NCBI GenBank assembly: GCA_002633005.1
Contig: NMRA01000693.1
Location: forward strand, 62,001-126,000
DNA: 64,000 nucleotides
From: Phoronis australis
Taxonomy: Eukaryota > Animalia > Phoronida
Direction of reading: 5' to 3'
The position numbers and the translations under genes are program-made. Below are positions 1 to 22,200 of the stretch, one piece after another. The stretch's first letter is position 1. Each line of letters begins with the position of its first letter. The notes under the pieces were generated by a model. That model ran no database searches. It saw nothing but the letters and a program-made list of their open reading frames with translations, and was not told the origin of the DNA.

Positions 1-2021
1 AGGAGCACATCTACTTTTAAAGTCATTTTGTTGGGAATTATTGTAATTTATATGTATATTTCAGTTAAACAGTAGTCGTGAAATTCCCTTTTAATTAATT
101 AAATCTTTCAAGGTGCTCTCTTCGCCAGTCTTTGTTTGTGGACATGAAATTTTGCGAGACACAGAAGGAGATTAATGACCTTTGGCTCATTTAATTTGCC
201 AAAAATAACTTCAACGCAGCTAAGTTGGCGAGAAAAGTTACACCTGTTAGTCCTACCAACGATCGACAGTCTTCCAAAATGGAAAAACAAGTTCACAAAA
301 CCAAAACAAATGTACAACGTCTTCAGACTAAGCGTGGCAAAAATTACAGAGTTCTGAGTCTGAATTACCAATTTTAAACAGAAAACCATCATGAGTTAAA
401 CGAATTTGAAACAAGGTCTAGTTTCAGACGTGAAATCAACAGACACAGTTTACTACTTTCCTCCATCACTCAAGAGAAGGTGCAGTGCTCAAAGAAACTT
501 CCCAATTCTTCTCAAATTCTGTTTTTATATCTTTCTCAACTAAGCCTGTGTAAATTATCTCGTTCATTTTTGGCTCGAAATTAAAGGTGAATTAAAACTG
601 GAGCAATGTAGACTGAAGACGAACATTAAACTTGGAATTCGTACACATACGAATTACTTGTCGAATTGCATTTCGAAGTCCAAAAATGAAGGTGAATGGT
701 GGAGAGAAGCCATCCGGGGCACAAAAACATTAGATGACCGGTGCCATCTTGACAATCATAGTAATAAACAAAGCCCCTTTTACCAGATACGATAAAAACA
801 GGCCTCTTTCAATCAAAATATGCCGATTGAACCATGAAGGTTCAGAGACAAAATCGTTTCCGACGCAAGTATTTGAATAGTGTAAACACAATTCTGCGAC
901 AACACAAAAAATTGCTTCCAGGATTGCTCAAAGCGACTGAGCAGTTGACAGAACCGAAGAGGTTTTGCATCAGAACACTTTTCCAAGGGCTATAATGTGT
1001 TATGATTTTTTAATACATGCAAATTAAATTTAAGAGACTTAATAAAAGAGGGAATGTGAATCAATTTACCGCCATCCGGAAAACTCTCAGGTTTATTTTG
1101 CCAAACAAATTTAAATCATTTCTGTTCTAAAGACTCAACTATGATTTCTTTGTGCCGGTGACGGTAATCATGTAAACAAATGTACGAGCATAGGAAGGTC
1201 TGTCTGAGAGATCTCTTTGACTAGTCCAACAAATCCTTAGATAAATCCAGGAGTTCACTACCAAAGTTTAAATGGACAATTTCTGAAATATGTGTACTAA
1301 AGGTTATTCTTAAGACATTAAAATGTGTCTTGGACCAGGACAAAGTTATTTCAGGGCGCAAGCGAATGTCGCGGCAACCCTTAATCCTTCCAGTCCAGAT
1401 ACAATGATTGTTTCTACATTAGGACGTGAGCCTTGAAAATTTATGAAACTGGTCCAAAAGATCCAAGGAGTATCTAAGTGAATCAGTTGTTATGTTATTA
1501 AAAAGCACGCTTTTGTTCCTAATGTCTGGAAAAAAGCGTTTGTGCACTGAAACACCAACCTCTTACACATAACAAACGTAAAATAACCAGAAAAACGATT
1601 ATTTTGCTTCGATTAACTCGATCAGTTTTTGAACTGTCCGAAGTTTGGAAAAGCAGTTCTTTCTGATGAGCACTGTGACCAACACAGACCGAATGACGAA
1701 AGTCGTTCTCGGTTCAGCACAGGTGGCGAATGTTTCTAATTTTAGTTCACCTGAAGATGACATCATAGGGGGAATTTCTGAGCGATATTATGTTGTTCAT
1801 GTGATCAAATCAAGAAATGTTCATGCGCATTATAAACGAGACCATTTTTAAAATTTATTTGGATGATTTGATTACATTAACGAGTAAAAAAGCACATGTG
1901 AATTTCACACAATAAATTATTTGGTTTATCCTAACTAATATGGGATTTCAGGACTGTTCAATGTTGCACTATTTTATCTGCGTACCGTTAAAAAGCACGA
2001 TCGAAAGAAAATGGGCCAGCT

Positions 2022-2043
2022 GTAAACAGAAGTCAGCCATTTT
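2022..2043 (+). promoter_or_regulatory. Putative GABARAP proximal promoter motifs (forkhead GTAAACA, YY1-like GCCATTTT)
   Basis: GTAAACA at 2022-2028 and GCCATTTT at 2036-2043, 75-95 bp upstream of the ATG. Further GTAAACA(A) at 882 and 1172. Short motifs, function inferred. Confidence 0.35.
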
Positions 2044-2108
2044 GTTGCGAAATAGGTTGTAGAAGTACTCGTCTTTTAACCTAGTGGATTTCCATCGCTG
2101 CTGAATAG

Positions 2109-11926
<9,818 letters not shown>

Positions 11927-13712
11927 ACACCACTCAGGATGCAAGTCTAACAGATAATCCTTCTGTTTCCTTCTTGGATGTTCTTTCCAGTGGAGGCTAT
12001 GACGCGAATATTTGTGCAAATTTATCGTGAAAAGTTCATTCAGCGAAATGCGAACTGAACTTTTCTCAAGGATTTTACGAGGAGAGTGTGGTGTATTTCA
12101 GTGTGTTTTATCACAAGCTGCTGAAAATGCAAACTACAGCGTGTACATAGAGAGTGATACGATCATGGCTATGTAGTTCTCTATTATTTATGTTTTAAGT
12201 AATTGTCTGTAAGGAGGTATGGTAAAAATTCTCCTGGTTGGTACCGTGAAAAATTAAATTATTTTGCTCAAGTTCGGGGCTTGTACTGAATTCAAGAATT
12301 ATGACTTTGTTCATGTGAAAAGCAGTGTCTGGTATTTGACTTTTCATCCAAATAGTTAGAATCTCCTCTGGTAACCACTGACTATGATTTGTCTCATTTT
12401 TCTGAGTTTAAGGGCACACACTCAAATTTCTCGCAAAATGTATCTGCCATTACAAAAAAGTCTAGGCACACGATATACATACTGAAACTGTGTACTACAT
12501 TAAAACCATTGGCATACCGGACCAAATATTTCATGAGCATTTCTCTCCAACACAGCACTAGATCAGAATGATATTCAAATATAGTAAACAATTTTCTGTT
12601 TTGGAAGAATTTGATTATTTTCATTTCTATTCTTGTTTGTAAGTTTTTTTTGCTACTACATCACAGTTCAGTTTGTTTTATGTTGGTTGTCATACCCTTA
12701 CAAAATAGTGAGTGACAGCAAGAAACTCTGGTCAGACTTGTACACGTTATATGCATGCAACCCTAAACTGAGACTGGCACAAGACTACTTTAGCTGTCTT
12801 GCTGCTTGTTTTTAAAAATTTACTGGTCTTGTGTGTTCACTCATGTAGCTTTTTATCAGCAGTTCAATGGTTGAACTATTCATGCGCATCTTTTAAAGGT
12901 TCAAACTGTTCTTAATTGTTGAAGGAAACACAAAGGAAATGTTTGGTTATTAGTGTAAACAGGCAGATTGTTGGACTTGTTTATAAAATGACCTCATGAC
13001 AAGATCTATTAATGTAGGCATCTTATCCCATCTTGCGTCAGCTGTATACTTTTTGCCATTGTGTTAACACTCTTCAACTTCACCGTGTGCACTTGTCATC
13101 GAGGCTTCGAATCATGTTTTACATTGTAACTGATGTCATTGTCATCAAATTTAGTAATTGAGAATTTGTTCCAAGTTTTTATGCAGATACAGTACACACC
13201 AAAACCAGTGTGACAAAATGACCTGTAATTCCTCCATTGTGATGGGTGAGTGAAAGGCCAATAGTAGTAAACTGTCAGGATGACAAATCTACTGAAAAGT
13301 AAATGTGAAAGTCAAATGCTACATTGCTTAGGATTTCGTTAGCATTACCACCGGGTAGAGTTCAATAACACTATGACCGCTTAAAACCTAATCTTTGCGA
13401 GATATTGCCATGTATTTTAAATGAGAACACGGGATTTGGGCAAGATTTTTCTAGCCCAGACAGCTACTGAACTCTATCCACTGGTTATTACTCATCACTT
13501 CTGGTGTGATGGCTTACTTGTAGTTTGATCATTTTTGATGTTGACTGAACACAGGATAGTGGGAAAAAGCCCAATTCTTGAACTGAATATTGACTAGTCG
13601 CACAAAAAGCTGACTTGCCTTTGGCATTTGTTGTATATATTCAAACGGGTTTAGGTTAGATTGGCAAGAAGACAAAATGGTCATCTTTCGTTATATTGTA
13701 ACACACTATTAA

Positions 13713-13718
13713 AATAAA
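13713..13718 (+). promoter_or_regulatory. Candidate polyadenylation signal of GABARAP (about 1.8 kb 3' UTR)
   Basis: AATAAA at 13713 followed by T/GT-rich sequence; alternative AATAAA at 13852. Confidence 0.35.
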
Positions 13719-15601
13719 TGTTATCCTATACTCATGCTTGTTTAGTGCTTATAGAGGTACACAGAAAACTATTGCAGTGATGTTATGTTGCTAACTGCTT
13801 CGTCAAAGGTCACACAAATACTTGCCCATTTTAATTAATTATAAAACTTTTAATAAAAAATCTGAGTTTTAGGTACGTTCACATTTAAAAGATTAAGGAT
13901 ACTGTTTCAGCTTATCAAAAATGGTCACTGTGCCTTTTATTCTCATGAAGTCAATCTTGTAGTACTCCATACTGTGAAAGAAGAATGTCTAATGTTTCCT
14001 TTACCAACAAGAAGCCCAAGACATTAAGCTACCGCGAAAACTTCTTAAATTACTAGTGTTGACAAACCCCAACTATGCAGGGAACTGTTTCTCAGATTTT
14101 TGGTTTACTCTTAACAAACATACACCAGCCATTGAAGTCCCTTTCAAAGGCAACCTGCAGACATTCAAAGAAAGGCAAAAATATTGTTCCCCTGCCGAAG
14201 ACGAAAGTTTCATGTTATTAATTCACCCCCTTATTACAGAGAAATGAATGTTCAAAATTGCTATCATAAAAACATTTTGTGTGTAATTCAAATCAGTAGG
14301 AATTTTCCCCAACTCGCATATTTGGGCATATGAAATTTTCTGGTAGCTGTGAAAAATAAAGATGTAATTCATACGATGTGCAGATATTGCATTCTTTGAG
14401 GTTGAAAATTCCCTTAATTACACTTGACTGAGATTGTTCTGATGTGCATTTTTTCAAAAACGCACAAGATAGTGGCAAAACTGGCGCCTTAATTCATCAT
14501 ATTAACAAGTTTGTGCAAGCAAAAATTACCAACAATGTAGAATTCGCAATATTCAAAATATTTCCCGGTGTTCCAACGTGAGGATGTTGCACTTAATTTG
14601 CATCCCCATGCTTGTAACTGAAACTGCAGTATTCCAACGCTGTCATGGATGATGATGTCTGCACTTAAAAATGTACGAAACACGACCTTTAACAGGCTCT
14701 ACAGTCTAGTTAAACCCATCCACGAGACTGCATAATCATGATGGAGCCCCATTCAGATTATTGCTATCAACTTTATCTAACTCCAGTTCTCATTTTTTTT
14801 AAATGCTACAACCTTCAAAATTTCGTTGATCCACATTTGGCTTGAAATGACAGCAAATAGTGTAAATTAAAACACACTGTCTTACAATTGGCACTCGGAG
14901 GGATCCTGTATTTTGAGCACCAGTCTGATGCATGCTATTCAGTGAAAAAAAAACTGGTTCTCAAAATGCAGTGCCCTATAAGTGACTATTGCCATATAAT
15001 TACCGTAAAAGTTCATAGTCCACTTCCTTGGTCTCAGCTTGCTTCTTACTCAGATGAGAAGTGAATGAATTTGCAAAATAAGTGACAGTTCCTTATTCAC
15101 TGAGAACATAAGCGGGGCATAAAATGACAAGCTAACTAGAAGAGCCCTTCTCAAGCAATAAGAAATAGGCAGTTCTTTAGAAACTTTGAAGTTGTCTCCT
15201 AATTGATAAGGAATAATTTGAGACCAGTTGCATAATAGTGAGTGGCCCAAGGTGGTTTTATAGCCCTCTTAAATACTAACACTGCTGTCACATGGGTTTA
15301 GATCTTGTAACTGTGGGTCACAAGATACACGGCCATTCATTTCAAACATTAAGACTCCTATTGGTAAGTCGCACAATATCTAGGGTGTTCTGGTAATATT
15401 TGAAAATGACTGATAGTGCAAATGCATAAGAGACAAATCACAGCACATCATTCACACATTTTCAACATCCTACACTTTATCTTACATCAAAACAAACAAA
15501 AATACACAAACAGATAAGAATACAATTGATGATAAATCTGACAGGGGACAAAGTTGAAGAGACCCACACTCACTATCACAGTTGGCTGTTACTGTTAGGG
15601 G

Positions 15602-18600
15602 ATGGCAGGCTACAGTAAAACAGAGGCGACTGCCAAGAAAGAGCACAAAGAAGTTAATAATAACCACACACCTGATGTAGACTGGGCACTGGTATGGAGA
15701 AGTTTGTTGAAAGGACTTGGCAGTGGTGTTGCACTGTACACACTGGGGGAACTCCGGTATCTCATCACAAGACCCAGTTGGACAAGGTAATTTGCGCATT
15801 GACAGGAGATAATTGATCACAAGACACTCACTTGTGTCAGTCTAGCCTTACCTGATATGAACAGAAATGAGTAGGACTGACAAGTGAATGCAGTTAGAGG
15901 ATTGCTTCAGTCACATTAAACATAGCATAATCAGGCATAAACCAGTAAAATATATGTAAGTGCTTCAAGCACATTATATTTACTTAGCAATGCCTTAAGT
16001 TTGTTTCTACACTAAGTAGCCTTCAACTGACGGAGGCAACTAACAATAAACTGGGACCACAGAACACAATGAAACATCTGCAAGTTGATCTTTCACCAAA
16101 CGAAATGATTTCTAGATAAGGGAAGAACCAAGAGTTCATTATTCCTCAAGACCATCTACTAGTGGGAGACAACATATTATATTCGACTGATTGCAGGCTG
16201 AAGACGCTATGTCAAAATATATGCAGCATCGACTGTCTTAGACTGGTGGCATTTCTGGGTCTGTATCCAAGCCTGTACCATACTGCTCGACAAGTACTTC
16301 GCAAGATACGTGGGAAACAGGTACGTCCAGATGGAGCTTTGGAAAATGAGGAACACAAATTTTAAAAAAACTGATTTCAGATACCCCTTTACAGAAAGAC
16401 AATTGATCGAAATTTTGAAAAGTCTTGTTACTGAACCATAATTATGTCTCATTAAATGAGCCTAAGTTGCTTGATTATTTATCTCTGAATACTACCGGTA
16501 AATCTAAAGTCTAGTTATACTGAACACCTTTCAGTCACCAAATCGTCTTCCTAAATGACATTGATTTCAAACAGCAAACCACCTGATTGTCACTCAAAAA
16601 CATGTGTAACAGCGACACAAGTCCCATTCACTGTCTCAAAGAAAAATTTCAAAACTAATCTTGATATTATGTACTTATTCCTAGACTACGCACTCTGTCA
16701 GATGTGCCCCATGTCTGAAAATTTAATCTCAATGCACCATTTCAGGATAATTGGAATATCGCCATGGCAACAATCACAGCAAGTCTAACTATAGCACTAG
16801 AAAGCAAATCAAGAAGAAATACAATAACCCTATGGGTGACTGCAAGATCCTTTGGAGTGTTAGCAACAATGATGGTGCAGAGATCAATGTTACCCAAAAT
16901 AGAGTATGTTACCACGGCAACCTACAGTATGTGTTGTGCAATCCTCATGTACAGTATTGGACTGAGGCCAGACCTTTTACCAAAATCCTATTATCACTCT
17001 GTGTTAAAACTGCTTGTGGACTATGATGACAAAATGTTCAATATCTTATTTCGTTGTCCTGGCACGAGATTCCTGTCCTGTCAAGAGGTGGCGCTACATT
17101 CTGGATCATGCCACCGCCACGCCTTCACAGCCTGGATAGCCAGCCTCCCACTGTTCATCAAGACCTACCTAGCAATACACACAGTTCCAATACTGCTCTT
17201 CAAGAGAAAGACGCTGATAAAACGGTGCGTATTACCAAGGTGATGAAAATCTAATCAACATTGATAACACAAAACAGGTGGCTCACATTTCAGGAAATCT
17301 TGTTTTTATATTCACCCCATCATGAAAAATAAGAAAGGAAACCTTTGAAATAAGATCTGAAACTGTAACATAGCAGAAGATTACACAATCATATAAAACG
17401 TAACCACTAAAGTGGACCTGCTCACTTCTGGGAAGTACAAAAAATTTTCACTGTTGAATTTTATTCACACAATATGAAGTGCCCTGTCATAAACCGAAAT
17501 GAGCATTTTATTAATAGATCAAGACACTCATTTCAAGATTGGCCCCCTTACATAATGGCAAAAAGGGCAACAAGTCCTTACTGGTCGTTTTGGGTTAAGA
17601 AGACATTCCAGCAGTGATAATAGCAACAAATTACTTTCCAGACGCAGTAAAAATCCAGTTATCTACAGTCGTTGTAAATCATATTCTAGGGTCAAAAAAC
17701 TTTCTGTACATGTGTAGTTGCTTTTCCAAAGTGATGTCACTGCATCTTCATCCTTTGAGTTGAAATGTTATACAAACCTGGCCCAAAATATAACAAATGC
17801 TCAATAGTTTGCAGTGTATGAATTTACTTGATAACATTCTTGGCTGTCCATAATTTAAGCAACATTTCCTTCTTACTCAAGCTGTAGTTTATTCAACCTG
17901 CTTCACCAAAATTTTCTGTACTTTAACAGAAAGTGGTTCCCATTTTCAAAAAAATCATTCAGGATATGCGGAAGTAAAAATGTAAAAAAATTCATGGCAC
18001 GACAAGGTTGAGTTACAATATTTCCTTACAGAAATGGTGACTTTTGAGTTAAACAACTGTTAAACAGACACATTGGGCAGTACATGACGTGCAGTAAGAC
18101 ACTGGCCAGGTAGTGGATTTTCCGAGAATGATGTCAGCTTGGGTTGGAAAAGTACCATGTAAGCACTGACTGTCAATATTATGATGAATGTGTTCACACA
18201 TGAACCAACCAATGCACTGAATGTTTTTCATAGGTTCAAGGTCACAATACAGCGCCTCCTGGAGAACACTGTGTTATCTACTCTCTACATTTCCACAATG
18301 TTCTCGGGAGCTAAGTACATCGTTTGCCTGCTACGGAACTGTGAGCACCGCCCCCCTCCGCTACCGGCCTACATCCCAGTCATTGCCGGACTAGTCAGTG
18401 GGCTTGCCATACTCTTCGAACGAAAAGAGCGCCACGCAGAGCTTTGTCTGTTTCTCCTGCCGCAAGTGTTTAGTTTCTTCCAGCAGGTCGGAGTGGAAAG
18501 AGGAATGTTCAAGAATGTTCAGTTTGGATGTGTGATTCTGTTTGTACTGTCCATGCTACCTATCATGTATGCTTATGAAAAGGAGGCAGAAACGCACAGT

Positions 18601-18642
18601 GCATTATTCCACAGAATACTGAAATACTTTTTGAAGACTTAA
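15602..18642 (+). CDS. TMEM135-like multi-pass membrane protein, 398 aa; coding exons 15602-15786, 16197-16320, 16746-17224, 18234-18642
   Basis: Four exons join in frame (1197 nt) with GT-AG sites. Two internal repeats with TMEM135-type motifs (IALESKSRRNTITLW and AILFERKERHAELCLF), and a Cys/His motif SCQEVALHSGSC followed by FIKTYLAIHTVPILL as in the TMEM135 C-rich domain. Confidence 0.8.
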
Positions 18643-19295
18643 CATTAAAGGCAAGGTTAAATAGCTTTATAAACGTTGCTTGTAAGCTCATCTAGTGTAA
18701 TCTCAAGTTTTAAACTGAATTTTAATCATTGAATACAGATATGCCCTGCATATTAAATTGAACAGAATGGGTAGAAATATTGGAATCTGAAGCAAAAGGA
18801 AAATATAGAATTCAAAATAGAAATTAATTTATTACAACAAATCTCAATGTCATACAGATACCTTGTACTGTACATGATTAAAAAAAAATAAATTAGCACC
18901 ATAGAGGATGGAATGAGACATAAAGGCAATGCCTTATCACATGTACCAATGAACCTGGACAAAGAATGTACGAGTCATACAGCTGAGGCCGCCTTGCATG
19001 TTTCTTAGTCTTATCAGATGGCACAACTTACACAAAGCACATTTAGTCAAGCTGAACAAAACAAACATCTGCATGCCAATGCAAGACTTTCACACAGCAA
19101 TGATGACCACTTACACAAAACCCCCCACGTCTAGTGTTCCCACTCACAACCAATGTTTCCCAGAATAATGTAGTCCTGACTCCCACTAGCCATGAGGTGG
19201 TGCCAGGAGTTAACTCCGTCACACGATCGATCAATGCTGTGGGAAAATCTCTCCTAATATTAAATGTGACTGTACCATAGCTACTTCAGCACTGG

Positions 19296-22200
19296 TTATT
19301 GCCCCGGGATGTCAATGGAAACGCCAAACTGTTCAGAGAACCGCTTTAACTGTTCTTCGTATTGTACATTTTTCTGAACAGCATCACGATAATTGTATTT
19401 GAGATCCTCAATTTCTTCAAAGAACTCTGGACCAAAGTTGCTGAGTTCTTTCTTGAGCTAAAAAGAGAATACACATCGTCTAAAGCAGCTATAAAACCGC
19501 CCTTCCATCACACGCAAAACAACTTTTGACTTACAGTACAACATAAAAATAATCAGATAAAATACCGTTTGCCAATAATGACGGCTAATTTTTTACAGCA
19601 AAAAATAGACGATGATAACTACCATGAGGTCAAAATTCTAATAGCACAATGGCTTACCCACCTTACCATTTCATTCTCAGACTCACGACAGAATATCTTA
19701 CCCACTTTATCATTTCAATCTCAGACATGACAGAATGGCTCGCCCGCCTGACGATGAATTTGACTTATGCCCAGCAGTCATTTTGTCTGAATACTTACGA
19801 CATGTACTGTTATCACTGAGAGATACATGCTAAATATTGGACCTTATAACCCAGATATGTACATTCCTACACCGTTCACGTCGGAGATCCTATGCACACC
19901 ACGCCTGCCATGTTCACATTAACCTCTGACCACATACCTTATCTACCTCCCTCTTATACTTCTCCTTGTCCATCTCCATAGACCGCAGCTGTGTCTTCTG
20001 CTCCACATTGGCCTCTAGCACTTTGTCGTACTGACTTGCTTTGTGGATAATCTCACCACTTAACTATGAACATGAAGTGCACAGGAGTGACAGTACAACC
20101 TTGTGATGAACACAACATAGTCAATGTCAACAAAATCTTTTCTTTCTTGCCAAAATTTTGGAGATTACAATATTTTGTGTTATTTTTCACTGCTGAAGGG
20201 CAGTCTCGTGATGAAAACAGTGCAGTTGTTTTAACAACATCTTTTACTGAAAACCAGCAAAATTTTGGAGCCAAAAATTGGGCTAACGAACAAACAAAAT
20301 ACTTGACTTCCTCCGGGATTTCCGTCATAATTTGGACAAAGCAAGACAAATAATGACACAAAATGCTTTCAGTCATAAGTGATACACCATGTGGAAAGTC
20401 TAGCCTTTGAATGCATTCAACGGAAACCAATAACAAAAATAAAACATAAGTAACAAAATCCAACATTAGATCGTTTTCGTGTACTGCTGGTTTATACCTT
20501 AGTTGGTCGATTAAAGGAGCCTGTCCTACGCAGAACCTAAAACATGGCAACTGGGTACAAGTCCAACAATGATCTTAACTGGCTTCAGGTTAAACTTGAA
20601 AAAGGCCCAGTATTGCAGTTACATTCATCAAATCACTCAGGCTGAAGTTAATATTTACACCTGGGCTAGGTGTTGTTCATCTACCACCAGTACTGTGTAC
20701 CACAGGGCCCATTTCTTGCAAGTTTGGTGTACTCACTCAAGATCATTGAAAAATGTTTAGCCTAGAGTAAGCTTGTGACACTAAGTGAATGAATAGGAGA
20801 AAATTGCTCGCACATACACTATTTCCGTAATATACGCAAAGATTTCTTGCTGCATCTTGTAAGTGGCTGATGAGCATTACAGAATGTACCCTACTGATTA
20901 TGTAAAGACGTCAGTGCCTACCCAGCACTGTGTACACTGAATATGTACTTAGTCAGCTTTAAAAAATTGGCAAAATTTTGGAAAATTTCCATACGTTGTC
21001 AAGTTGAGGAAAAATGACGAATTTTATAATTGCAACCATTCATACAATTGCCGGCAAAAACAATTTGCTTCATACAAGCCTAAAAAGTCAAAAATTTTCG
21101 ATTAGAAGATATTTGTCGCTCTTAACAAACTTAATGGATTTCCATCTACTAACAAATGGTACAGAATAAGGTGCGTCTACTCAAACATAGAACACCTGTT
21201 CCCCAACTCACGTGTTCTATAGGTTCCCCATCCTTTTTCCTCCTAAACAAATTCAATTCGTGCAAGATCTCCCTTTTCTCATTCTCCAGTCGGTCGATTG
21301 TTAGTCTGGCCGTCTGATAGTTCTTCATCAGATCACGGTCTGTTACGTTAGAGTCTGACGGAAACCTCTCAAGGACCTCGATCTGGTGAAGGAGTAAACG
21401 AATGAATTAATGTCCAAATTAAGATGATTGAAAAGGAAGTCAGCCATTCAAAAGTAAAAACATTCAAAGTGGCTACAAACCCGCGTTTGGTCCACTTTAC
21501 CACCGTAAAATTGGTATCAACTTGTTGCTTTCGAGTGGAAGTAATTTCAGAGTGTGCAAATATTCCTCGAGACCATGCTTGGCACATAAAATGAGAAGCC
21601 AACTTGTAAAGTCTGGTCTCAAGCAATAACCAACTGTAAGTTCTGTCAAAGGTACAATTTGAGACTAATAACAATAAGAGGTCGAATTCAACATTTCATT
21701 TATGTGATCGAAGACGGGTTCATTGCGGCTTCAAACATGGAAAGTTATAACAATTTAAATTAAAAATATAGAACCAAACTAAAAAGGTGTCGTATCTGTC
21801 AGTTCTTCAACACATTTGCTCTGTGTTTTTCCATCCTTATCCCAATTATGCCATGGTCACAGATGCACATACTCACTACACTACCAAGTCCAGAGAAACA
21901 TGTCAGTTGCATTACTACTATCGGAGTGATTATCCCAAGGGGCAGTACTGCATAACAGTAAAACACATTGTGTAAAATAGATGGAGACAATGCAATTTCA
22001 GTTTCTAGCCAACTCATAAAAGAAACTTTACTACAGTTAAGTCCTGTTTTAACTCTACTAGTAATGGGTAAAACAGTAGCATCGTTGCAAATATACGTTT
22101 CAGCATATCTGCTTAATATCTTGCAAGACAGAGGCCTTGACATTACCTTGCTCGACTGACTGTCTCGGTCGTCCAGCAGTTTCTGCTCTCGCTCTGCAGC

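Noticed and set aside
21354-21356. Alternative CEP290 acceptor giving an exon starting at 21354
   Set aside because: Out of phase with the upstream exon; the acceptor at 21382 keeps the frame and the homology.
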